NCBI GenBank assembly: GCA_051362555.1
Contig: CM120640.1
Coordinates: forward strand, 53,050,788 to 53,114,787
Length of the DNA stretch: 64,000 nucleotides
Source of the DNA: Lingula anatina
Taxonomy: Eukaryota > Animalia > Brachiopoda
Direction of reading: 5' to 3'
Shown one piece after another: positions 24,836-36,931 of this stretch. The notes under the pieces are model-generated. The model saw only the letters and a list, made by a program, of their open reading frames with translations, did no database searches and was not told the DNA's origin. Numbering within the stretch: position 1 is the stretch's first letter; the number at the start of each line of letters is the position of its first letter. The translations under genes and the position numbers were made by a program.

Positions 24836-27800
24836 ATGGAAAGCCTAATTGCTGCATTTCCCATGGCATGGAGAGGTTTGTTTGGAGCTATGGCCACACC
24901 CCAATGTCAGGTAGTATCAGCAGACCTCTGGCTTCAGCAGCAAACTGACTCCAAGTTTGGCACATGCTTGAATTGGCAGGAACTAGTTGTGAGTCTACAG
25001 GACAGGGAACCGGTTGAGGAACATGGAAAGCTGATTTTGTAAGTTATTTTCAAGACATCAGCAGTTATGATTTATAAAGTTTGATTAAAAAAAAAATGAT
25101 CAGTATATTTGGATGTTAAATATATAACCCCTTTTCATACCAAGGTAGAGGTAATTTGATTATTTAAAATTTTAACATGTTTTATACGATCTTTTTACTT
25201 GAAATTCCATGGTTTGATTCAAAAGTGATCATTAAATTTGCTTTTAATTCTTTCAGCAAGCCAAGGCTGCTGTGTTTTCCTGCACATTATCAAAGAACTA
25301 TCTTGACATTTCTTCACTTACACGGAGATCATGTACCCCAGGGACTGATGCAGCAACTGCTGAGTAGTTTGCAACAGTTTCACTCAAAGGATGGTTGGGT
25401 TTTAGCCTTAATTAGATTGCTTGGTCAGAAGACTCATGCACTAAAAAAACAGATAGAAAATGTGCATGTAGATGAGGATGATCAGTGCAAAAAATCTCAC
25501 TCTGAGCCTCTTTACAAATTTTCTGCTCTCTCTGAAACCAGAGCAGTCTCATTAATTGAAAAACTGAAGGCGTTGAATCAAGAGAAGAAAACTAATCCTT
25601 GGATTAACTATGCCAGGTCTTATCAAAGTGATGGTTTAGTAGAGGGCAATAAAGGTAACATAAGGCTGAACAAGCCTTTTTGATTCTTAAAAAGTACATA
25701 AGGCTGAACAAGGCTTTTTGATTCTTAAAAAGTTAATATTCCATCAAAATATTGTCTTAATTCCACTGAGATATTGTGATATTCATTTCTTGCAACCCTT
25801 GTGCATAGGGTATTTTTTGCATTTTTCATGTGTTCTGCATGTGAAGCAGTTATCTGGAAGAAAATGCACCATTTTTAATGATATTTGATAAATGATGATG
25901 TAAGTTATATTTCTATCTCCACTTTTCCATAGAAATAAGTTATAAAATTAAGTGATTTTTCAGAAATGTCAGCTGAAGTTGTTCTAAGTGGAAGCCAACC
26001 AAATCTAGTGGAATTTGAGACCCCTGAGAAGAAAGTTTTAACCTTCACTGATACTGATACACCAACATTTCTATCAGCCAAGAGGAGGAGAATGAGTGCT
26101 GAAGATGACACTGAAGGTACATAATAGACAAGTGACATGTTTACAAGAAAAATTTATTGTTAACTTGATTCTTACCTTGACAGTTGGATGTGCCATCTGC
26201 TGAATCAGAAAGATAGCCCAATAAGTAACTTGACATATTTACATACTGTTAAAAATTTTTAGACAGCGAAGAAAATAATATATGTGCGTCTGATTTCAAT
26301 TGACAACAGCTAACAAGAGTGAAGAAGAAGAAATGGACACAACAGAAAAATCTACTTTGGATCACGACTATATTGTAAGTAGTTGTGATTTTGAGGCATT
26401 TGATCAGTATGTGATACATAAGACCTTTTAATATTGAGTGTTTATACATCATATGCAGTGAACCAGAATGTTTTGAGAGATTGACAACCTAACAGACTGG
26501 CTATAACATCAAAGTCACCCAAATTGAGCCCCTGATCTGGACATGGCCAAACTAAACAGCAAGAACTAAATTTTTGGAAAACTTGTGAAATTAACTTTAG
26601 TACCCTTTATCCTTATAACATGGTAGTATAGCCTCTCAAACCATACCAGTACAGCTGTATTGCTAAAATACACCCAAGTATAAATGTAACACTCAAGGTA
26701 AAATGGCCTATAGGTTAAACAAAATGCTTATATGATTTCACAGCAATGACATGTTTTCCATGAGCATAATTCTAGTTTTTTTTTGTTTTTTTTTTTTTTA
26801 TATTATATTATATTATATTATATTATATTATATTATATTATATTATTAAAAACCCCTAATATTGTTTCATCTTGATTCTCAAGTGACTGTTTCCTACACT
26901 ACATGTTTTTATGACTTTTTTTGCTGCAGTTACAAGCAGAAAGATTGAAAGAAGTTTGGAGTAGTGGTGGTGATATTTCTGAGATTCAGTCAGAACTTGA
27001 TATTTTCAAAACCTGCACAGCTGAACAGGTAGGAAATTCCGGCTTGTACCCATCATGTTGCACTTCTTTTTGCTCCATTTTATTTTAATCAGAGCTATTT
27101 TTTATATCTTTGTAAATTGTCTTAAAATCAGTAGGGTCTTTGTTTAATTTCTGTATATGTGCCATCTGTGAAATCCAGTTAAAATATTTTTATTTGATGT
27201 CTTTTAATTGATTTTCCAGATACAGGCAGTGTGTAATGTTTTAAATTTCAAATCACTAGAGGAAGTTGCTTTGGTAACAGCATGTCATCATCTTACCAGC
27301 CTGGGAACTGAAGTCAGTTACAGTAATTGTGTGTGTTTTGCAAGATCTGCTCTTATGCCAAAGGTAGGGCTAAAGCAGAATATTATTATTCATTGGTCAG
27401 AGTTTTTACGCTCTTTTTAATTCAGTTATTTCCCAAAGTCCTTTTACTTGTGAGCAATTTAATTTCTACCTGTGCAATCCAGGATTTTGTTTAAAGGCAT
27501 GGAGGGACAAACAAGATAAAGAAAAATCACCTTTATGTGCTTGGAAATTTCTGGGCCAGCCAATGAAAATGTAAAAAAAGAAATAATTATAATAATCAAA
27601 GCCAGATGTTTAATTGTACCACCAGCGTTAGCGCTGGCGGTACACATGGTTTCGGTCTCGTCCGGATCGTTCCGCCGGCTCCGCCGGACGGCTACCGTTA
27701 CCGCTTCTCCTCCTAGACGGTAAGGCCCCCCATACCCATCTCATGGATTTAGGTCACCTATAATCTCAACTCGTTCCACGTAAAATTTGGGCTTTGTCGG

Positions 27801-30800
27801 TATTGGGGTCTGGGTGTGGCACTCATTGCAATGCACCCTTGTCTAAAAATGGCAAAATTAAATGCTAATTATCTACCCTACGGAAGGAGTTATGGGAAAA
27901 ATTTCTATAGACGGCTTTCCAAAAGTCATATGTGTAGATTTCAAATATACCCTTGGATTTGACCTTTGACCTTTACTTCAAGGTCAAATGGGCCAAAATT
28001 TTCAAAAAAATGAAATTTTTTACGAAAAAAAATTTTTTTGCCCTGTTATTCAGACACCACACAGACTTAACCAATAATATTATTGGAAAGTGTTACCCTT
28101 CAGGTCATCTTTCATCTCCATGAATTTGGGGTCAATCGGTGCATTTTCACGGGAGTAGCGGCCATAAGATACCGAAACTGAAAACTGTCTCTAATTCGGG
28201 AACCGTTAATGCTAGAAACCCATTCTTTTTTGCATTTTGTAGAGCATGTAAAGCCCAACACTGGAGGTGGTCTCGGTTTTTTTGTATTCCATATGGTTTT
28301 CGAGTTACGCTGTATCAAAAAGTACATATTGGTGGTAAAAGCAAAATGTGCAGTACGGTAATGGATAATAAATTTTGAACTCTGGAAAAATAAAACATTA
28401 GGCTTGGCAAAGCAGACAACTTGTGTTCAAAAATGACATTATTTCATCAAATTTGAACTTCTGAAACTTCAGAGCACCTCCTATTTCAAGAATTTTGACC
28501 AAAATGACATTTTCTTTATTTTAATTAATTTTTTCTGTACGAAATTTAAGGCACATTATGGTAACTCCAAAATTATAACATTTAGTCCCTTATATCTCCA
28601 AAACTGGCAGAGATAGGTCTATAGTTACTATTGAAGTTGAATAGGAAGTCATATACTGGCAATCTATATGTGACCTTAAAATTGACCTTTGACCTACTTT
28701 TCACCATGAACTGAACTTTGCAAATTTTTCTTCCCTTTTATCTCCAAAACTGGCAGAGATAGGTCCATAGTTACTATTGAACTTGAATAGGAAGTCATAT
28801 ACTGGCAATCTATATATGACCTTAAAATTGACCTTTGACCTACTTTTCACCATGAACTGAACTTTGCAAAATTTTCTTCCCTTTTATCTCCAAAACTGGC
28901 AGAGATAGGTCCATAGTTACTATTGAACTTGAATAGGAAGTCATATACTGGCAATCTATATGTGACCTTAAAATTGACCTTTGACCTACTTTTCACTATG
29001 AACTGAACTTTACAAATTTTTCTTCCCTTTTATCTCCAAAACTGTCAGAGATAGGTCCATAGTTACTATTGAACTTGAATAGGAAGTCATATACTGGCAA
29101 TCTAAATGTGACCTTAAAATTGACCTTTGACCTACTTTTCACCATGAACTGAACTTTGCAAATTTTGCTTTCCTTTTATCTCCAAAACTGGCTGAGATAG
29201 GTCCGTAGTTACTATTGAACTTGAATAGGAAGTCATATACTGGCAATCTAAATGTGACCTTAAAATTGACCTTTGACCTACTTTTCACCATGAACTGAAC
29301 TTTGCAAATTTTGCTTCCCTTTTATCTCCAAAACTGGCAGAGATAGGTCCATAGTTACTATTGAACTTGAATAGGAAGTCATATACTGGCAATATAAATG
29401 TGACCTTAAAATTGACCTTTGACCTACTTTTCACCATGAACTGAACTTTGCATGTAAAGCCCAATACTGGAGGTGGTCTCGGTTTTTTTGTATTCCATAC
29501 GGTTTTCGAGTTACGCTGTATCAAAAAGTACATATTGGTGGTAAAAGCAAAATGTGCAGTACGGTAATGGATAATAAATTTTGAACTCTGGAAAAATAAA
29601 ACATAAGGCTTGGCAAAGCAGACAACTTGTGTTCAAAAATGACATTATTTCATCAAACTTGAACTTCTGAAACTTCAGAGCACCTCCTATTTCAAGAATT
29701 TTGACCAAAATGACATTTTCTTTATTTTAATTAATTTTTTCTGTACGAAATTTAAGGCACATTATGTAACTCCAAAATTATAACATTTAGTCCCTTATAT
29801 CTCCAAAACTGGCAGAGATAGGTCCATAGTTACTATTGAACTTGAATAGGAAGTCATATACTGGCAATCTAAATGTGACCTTAAAATTGACCTTTGACCT
29901 ACTTTTCACCATGAACTGAACTTTGCAAATTTTGCTTCCCTTTTATCTCCAAAACTGGCAGAGATAGGTCCATAGTTACTATTGAACTTGAATAGGAAGT
30001 CATATACTGGCAATATAAATGTGACCTTAAAATTGACCTTTGACCTACTTTTCACCATGAACTGACCTTTGCATGTAAAGCCCAATACTGGAGGTGGTCT
30101 CGGTTTTTTTGTATTCCATCGATTTTCGAGTTACGCTGTATCAAAAAGTACATATTGGTGGTAAAAGCAAAATGTGCAGTACGGTAATGGATAATAAATT
30201 TTGAACTCTGGAAAAATAAAACATAAGGCTTGGCAAAGCAGACAACTTGTGTTCAAAAATGACATTATTTCATCAAACTTGAACTTCTGAAACTTCAGAG
30301 CACCTCCTATTTCAAGAATTTTGACCAAAATGACATTTTCTTTATTTTAATTAATTTTTTCTGTACGAAATTTAAGGCACATTATGGTAACTCCAAAATT
30401 ATAACATTTAGTCCCTTATATCTCCAAAACTGGCAGAGATAGGTCCATAGTTACTATTGAACTTGAATAGGAAGTCATATACTGGCAATCTAAATGTGAC
30501 CTTAAAATTGACCTTTGACCTACTTTTCACCATGAACTGAACTTTGCAAATTTTGCTTCCCTTTTATCTCCAAAACTGGCAGAGATAGGTCCATAGTTAC
30601 TATTGAACTTGAATAGGAAGTCATATACTGGCAATATAAATGTGACCTTAAAATTGACCTTTGACCTACTTTTCACCATGAACTGAACTTTGCAAATTTT
30701 GCTTTCCTTTTATCTCCAAAACTGGCTGAGATAGGTCCATTATGGTAACTCCAAAATTATAACATTTAGTCCCTTATATCTCCAAAACTGGCAGAGATAG

Positions 30801-32182
30801 GTCCATAGTTACTATTGAACTTGAATAGGAAGTCATATACTGGCAATCTAAATGTGACCTTAAAATTGACCTTTGACCTACTTTTCACCATGAACTGAAC
30901 TTTGCAAATTTTGCTTCCCTTTTATCTCTAAAACTGGCAGAGATAGGTCCATAGTTACTATTGAACATGAATAGGAAGTCATATACTGGCAATCTAAATG
31001 TGACCTTGAAATTGACCTTTGACCTACTTATTATCATGAACTGAACTCTGCTAATTTCTTTCTCTTTTAACTCCAAACCTGGCAGAGATAGGCCCATAGT
31101 TACTATTGAAGTTGAATAGGAAGTCATATACTGGCAATTCACTGTGACCTTGGAATTGACCTTTGACCTACCTTACGATGAACTTAACTTTGATCGTACC
31201 ATTTTTAGTAATATATATATATTTTTTGCATATTTTGAAAATTCTTGTTGATTGCATTTTTACAGCTTGTCAAGCACAAGACTGGTGGCTATGTTCCTTA
31301 TTTTGTATATGTGGGGGTCTATACGAATGCGCTTGCTCCAGCTGGTGGTACAATATTCGGAGGCGGTATCGCCTCTCTGATCCTCTAGTTTTGATTACTA
31401 GGTAGAGGAACTTAATAAAAAAGAATTTGTCTTGACTTTAGATTATATCTCTTAACCAAAACCCATCAAGACATTTCATTGGGGCTGTTGTTACGTTTGC
31501 CAAAGTTTTTCCCAAGCAAGTGGTAGAAGCAGCCATCATACCTGTACTCACAGTTCAGGCTGGTATGTGTTCACCTTTTTATTCACATTTTTATTTTTAA
31601 AAGCTTCCCTTTCCTTTTGCAGTTCTCTTCTTCATTACACCTGAAAATAGCATACAGCAAAAACAGCATTCAGATTTTTTACATTACCTCATTTTCTCTT
31701 GTTGTATTGTTAAGGTATCTTTTGCCAGGATTTTAGCCTGATAGTTTATAAGTGTTTTCTTGGACATTCATCTCATACTAATACATTTTTGTACAATAAA
31801 ATTTGACTCTTGGTCTGAAATTCATGGACTTGGCTAACTAAGTATAAATTTTATAGGAGAGTTGTAGTAATTTTGCTGTGATTGTAATATTTCTAAATTC
31901 TACAATGGCACTGGGGAGCATTCAGATAGACACATCATACTAGTTGGGTAGGTCCAACTCTTCAGGGGGTCTCACTTAGTGCAATTGACTTACCTGAATG
32001 ACACCTCAGACAGACACTTTGATTCTGCCGATTTCAAATAGCAAGAATCCCTGCAGAGTTGGCCAGACCCAACCAGTACAATGTGACTTTCTGAATGGGG
32101 TCATTGAAACACTGTATATCACATTCCCCTCCAATTTTTTCATACCTCATGAAATGCAATGGGTGTTGTAGCATGATTTTCG

Positions 32183-32229
<47 letters not shown>

Positions 32230-33251
32230 CAGGGAAATATCAAGCTGTTCTGGTTTCAAAAGTGGTCAAGGAGGCAATCCCATCAGAACACCAACAGCTG
32301 TTGCTGAAGTGAGCGACAGTTTTATTATTCATATTCCATGTAATGTAAAAAATCAACGTGATTGACAATTTATATTCCCAATTACATGGTTGTCTGGATG
32401 TGTTTAAGTGCATTGTTTGAAAAATTGATGACATTTTTTACCTAAGTCATGAGTGTGTTCATAGTTATCCAACTTGAAAATGGTGCTTTTTATACTATGC
32501 ATTAGACACTGCCAGTGACAGGTCATGTCGGTAGGATAAACTCAGGTCAGATTCAAATTAAGGTATGCATTTTTTATCTTGTGAAGATTAATGTAATTTT
32601 TAATTAAACCAAACATTGTGGGTCAGTGGGTGATGCCTGAAACATTATTCTTGCAGGCAGGTGATCAGATCCCAGGTGGAGTGTTCAGAAGATGTGTTCA
32701 CAGTCTTGCAGACCATTCTGGAATGCCAAGTAAAATATAGAAATAAATTTGTGATTTAGTAACTATATTCTAGAAGGGTTGTGGGTAATTAAAAAAAAAC
32801 TCAAGGGTCAGCATGGGTAGAAAATTATTAATGCATTTTCAAGTCGTCCAGAAAATCTGTAAGGTCTAAAGATATATTGCTCCAACAAAGTTCTATCACA
32901 AAAAATGGGTAAATATGTGGCAGACTTACACTGTTATACCAATATCTTGTTCAATTTCTTAATATTTTTTTTAGCCCAACTTTGATGATGAGCTCCTGCG
33001 GGATTTATCTTCATACCTAGCACAGTATGCTGTGTCCTTGGCAAACAGCTTGAAATATGGAAAGCTGATACTTGCACTCATTAATAAGTATGGTAAACAG
33101 GTAAGAAAATGCTCGCAGTGCTTAACTATTTGATAAAATCTGTCTTGGACCCTTCTTTGTGAAAAAAATGGGAAAGAGTTGATACTCCTGCAGTTTGACA
33201 TTATTTCTACTACTCTTAGAAATAAGTTTATTTCTACTACTCTTAGAAATA

Positions 33252-33298
<47 letters not shown>

Positions 33299-33506
33299 TC
33301 ACTGAGTATAATATCTTCATAGCTTCAAACTAATCTCCAAAATAAGCCCTGAAGCCACATACATTTAATGTGCCTCTAAAATTTTTAACTCTAATTATGT
33401 TTTTCAGTTAAATCCAGATGAAAGAGTGGTTGTTTCACAAATACTGAAAGTGCACAATACATTCCTGAAAAAGTCTGCAGAAGCATCACTCAAGCGCCTG
33501 GGTTAG
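24836..33506 (+). CDS. FANCE: Fanconi anemia group E protein; exons incl. 24836..25038, 25257..25654, 25964..26116, 26930..27028, 27220..27363, 31442..31562, 32233..32308, 32657..32729, 32975..33100, 33408..33506
   Basis: N-terminal WQELVVSLQDREPVEEHGKLILKPRLLCFPAHYQRTILTFL and C-terminal SLKYGKLILALINKY...HNTFLKKSAEASLKRLG* resemble FANCE termini. The junctions I checked are phase-compatible. Small exons at 26180-26375 are unresolved. Confidence 0.85.
27611..31390 (+). mobile_element. Helentron-associated non-autonomous element (HINE/DINE-1/pearl-like) containing a satellite array, in a FANCE intron
   Basis: subTIR ATTGTACCACCAGC (27613-27626) pairs with a nearby IR (27633-27644) and with a 3' subTIR GCTGGTGGTACAAT (31341-31354). 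3' hairpin GAGGCG-GTAT-CGCCTC (31360-31375), CTAG/T-rich end, TGACCTTTGACCT motifs. Confidence 0.82.
28246..31180. repeat. Tandem array of ~14 146-bp monomers interrupted by copies of a ~350-bp block
   Basis: TCTCCAAAACTGGCAGAGATAGGTCC (with minor variants) recurs at 28595, 28741, 28887, 29033, 29179, 29325; 29800, 29946; 30421, 30567, 30713; 30779, 30925, ~31070. The CATGTAAAGCCCAA block starts at ~28246, ~29451, ~30072. Confidence 0.95.
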
Positions 33507-34191
33507 GAAATTGATGAATATGAACTTAGGAAATGTTTAAACCAATGTTTTTACAAATTGGAGTTTACATTGCATATTGTTAATGTAAAGTGATATTGGC
33601 CATAAGAAGGAGGCAAATGAATATAATTAAACAGATTACTGCATGGTAAATCACCTACATGTACATATATCTTTTGAGCCATTCCATTGTATGGAATGGC
33701 AAAAATGAATGAAAAATAATAAAGAAAGTCTGGGAATTTATATACAGATTAATTTCATTGCTTAGGTTCTGTTTAATTTTAATCCAAAATAAAAGGGATA
33801 AACCCAAGTTTCCACTTGTTACATTGCATTTTATACCTTTGTAAGTTGTATCATATAACTTCCTATGTTAGCCGTCGCCGAAATGTAGGCTACTCTGAAG
33901 AACCATACCAAATTAATTTAAATTGCTGATTGTAAGGCTTAATGCTTGTAGCAAAGTTCTGATTACAGCGAATATTGTACAGGAACATGAGTTGAAGCGA
34001 AGTGCTATTGTTAAAAAACGACAGGCGTCCACGTGGGGCACATTCGATAGACCCCCCACTAAGTCGCTCACCGCGGCAACACCATAAACCAGCATGATCT
34101 TATTTAAGCAACAAGTCGCCAAAACCTGTGTATCGCCCGTATCTTTCCTTTTGTTGTCACAGAAAGTTAATGTGATTTAATAATAATTGTT

Positions 34192-34235
34192 ATTACCTCC
34201 GCCAAGGAGGTTATGTTTTCACCCCTGTTTGTTTC
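34192..34235 (+). mobile_element. 5' fragment of a HINE-type repeat, same family as 43627-43944
   Basis: ATTACCTCCGCCAAGGAGGTTATGTTTT matches the reverse-strand start of the 43.9-kb element. Confidence 0.6.
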
Positions 34236-36931
34236 TGCATGTAATGTCGCATGTTAACATTGTTGTCTGTCTAAGCAGCTTAGATGCTACTGTTTGTTCA
34301 CATAATATAGGAGAGAAAAATACCTAATATATGTTTAGAACGAGATGATTTGCACCGTCACACACGTACATGTAGACCGTAAACATTTATGACAACCGCC
34401 AAGGGACACGCTGGATTCCATGACAAACTATACTGCGCATTAGTTATTGAAAAAATTTAATTCAGTAAGATCCGATTGGTTGGACAAGTAGAAATGCCTT
34501 GTCACATGTTTGAGCTAGAGAGAGTGCAAAATCCAACATCTAACTCAAATGACCAGAGTTTGAAAAAGAGGGGGTCACTTTAACGCAATGTTTCGTTTTA
34601 CGTGCTAATCGTACATATCAGAAATCGCGAAGTGAAACTTCGTGCCAGGGTCATTTCAGGTGGAGCATTAATGCGAGATTTTTGATAACTGTGTAATGCT
34701 TCCTGGAGGTACCGGTAGTCGCTTCTAGCACGAGAGGTTCCTAATCTGGTCATCTACATTGTATCTTGTATCAGAAACATCTGCTTGAGACTGTTTACGT
34801 GTTTTTTCGCAAATGAAAGAATATTTACAAACAAAAAACTCGAATAGACATGACGCAAGGTGAGTCAACCCAGAGAGTTTCATTGGCTTGGAGTTGTATA
34901 CTTTCTAATCTTGTGTCAGCGTGAAAGATATAGATGCTTTCTTTCGCTACAGGCTTAAATTTCGAAATTTAACCGCTATGTGACTCCTTAATTCTACAGA
35001 AAAACGATATTTTCATACAAGTCTCATTAACTTTAGCTCATTTACATAACAAGTTACTCTATGGCAAGGGCGCTGAATAAATTCCTGAGAAAGCTGACGT
35101 TGAATCAATTCTCAGGTTTATGTAGCGCTATTAATAGTGACGAATAAAAAAAAAATAAAAATAAATAAAATTAAAAGAAATAAATGAACAAGCAAAAAAC
35201 GAATGAATAGATGAATTTTTAAGAACGTTATACGAAGAAGATTGTTATCCACCAAACTGCAGCTGTGTCATTGACGTCATCCGGTGAGCCTGAGTGCACA
35301 ATGTTATTGTAGATCACATGGACATTTTCCTTCTACTTTTATCACCCTTAATTTCTTATAACTGTTATCGCCCCTACCTATTTGCTTAGACATTTTTAGG
35401 TGTTACTAGTATTTGATTACAGTAATTGCTGACCGCATTTACTTCAGCGTGACGCTAGAAATAACTGGCTAACATCAAAGTGCATCGAGTCTGCCTTATC
35501 ACACTTAATATTTGTGTCAAGATTTTATCCAACTCCCTTTTGGTCATTAGCCATATCCTAATTCTACTACTTCTACTACTACTGCATCATACTACATTAA
35601 AAGAAAATAGGAACTCGGGTATGTCTTTTTTCCATCAACAAGGTCATATGTTATTATTTTAACATGACAACAAATACAGCAAGTGTATTATCATCTTGTT
35701 TATTTTTTCTAAACTACATAGCGTTGCTTGTGACCTAGACCATTTCGTCAATGATTGAAATCACATTTAGTGGCAGATTCTGAAAAATATATCACACCTA
35801 TTTTTCTCTCTTGAAGTTAAAATTTTGACCAGCAGAATCATACTTCTAAACCGTACCAAAGGGCACCAAATTTTTTTGGGGCCCTTGAGCAGGCCCCGAA
35901 CCCCACGCCAAGGGGGCGATGGCCGGCTTTGCATCTGAGGCCTGTCGTTCCGGCCTTCAAATAATCCTGGATCCGCCCTTGGGTCGTAAGAGTGCAATAT
36001 GATAATTATTCCACTTTTTGAAGCACCAACCTTCTAAATTGATAATACATACAAACTTAAGGCTTGGACCGTAAAAGGGTGAAAAAATATAAACATTATG
36101 TATTCTGATAAATTATTGAATAGGCTACCCCACTTTAATGTGCATTAGCCCATGTATTTTTAGTGGACACTAAAATCGGATATTTAGTAGCTTAGAACCT
36201 AGACCACATTTTATGGGCACATTTGGGAGGAAGAAAGCCAAGATATGTTGTTATTCTGTGCACATATTATTTTTAGTCTATTTATTGTCTTTACATACAA
36301 AAAGTCACGAAATGTCTGGAATCGCCTATAATTATTATTTTTATCAATATATTTATTATTATTATTATCTACCAGATTGTTTTCGTCTTTTTCTTCCCAT
36401 TTCTGATTTAAAAATTAAGAAATTGCAGTGAATATATGAAATTTATGGGTTATCTAAAATTGCTTTTTTTGTCATTTTAACGATTTCACGATAGGCTATC
36501 AAAATCTGAAATCCATTCTTGATTACATTGGAACTCTTTAAACAGTTTTCTAGAGAACTATTAAGCTTTTATATTAGTGGTATGGTGCATGAATGAAATC
36601 CTGTATTGTGAAAAGATGTATTCCTCCAAAGGCATTACCGTAGGTTATTTTAAAGTTCCAAGGTTACCAATGGTAACCAAGATAAATTTCCTCTTGGACC
36701 CCATGAAAACCAGAAATAATAATTTTTTTTTGTGTGTGTGCGAAAATGTCAAACTTTGTAATATAATTTAGGGTGTTTAGCAAATTCAATGCTTTCATTT
36801 CTGAGAATCATTTTAAAAATGCAATAAAAAGTAGTCCATGTTGTTCAACAATTCTTTACTAGTTTTGTATAGAGTATAAACAACGTTTAAACAGTGAAAT
36901 AAGTTATATTGTAAAAAACGTACCCTATGGA

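Noticed and set aside
28112-31142. Repeated short ORFs (MYFLIQRN..., MVKILEIG...)
   Set aside because: They are by-products of the tandem array, not genes.
28246-31180. Regular repeat array as a possible CRISPR or repeat-spacer system
   Set aside because: The monomers are contiguous 146-bp copies without unique spacers, there are no cas genes, and the context is a eukaryotic intron.
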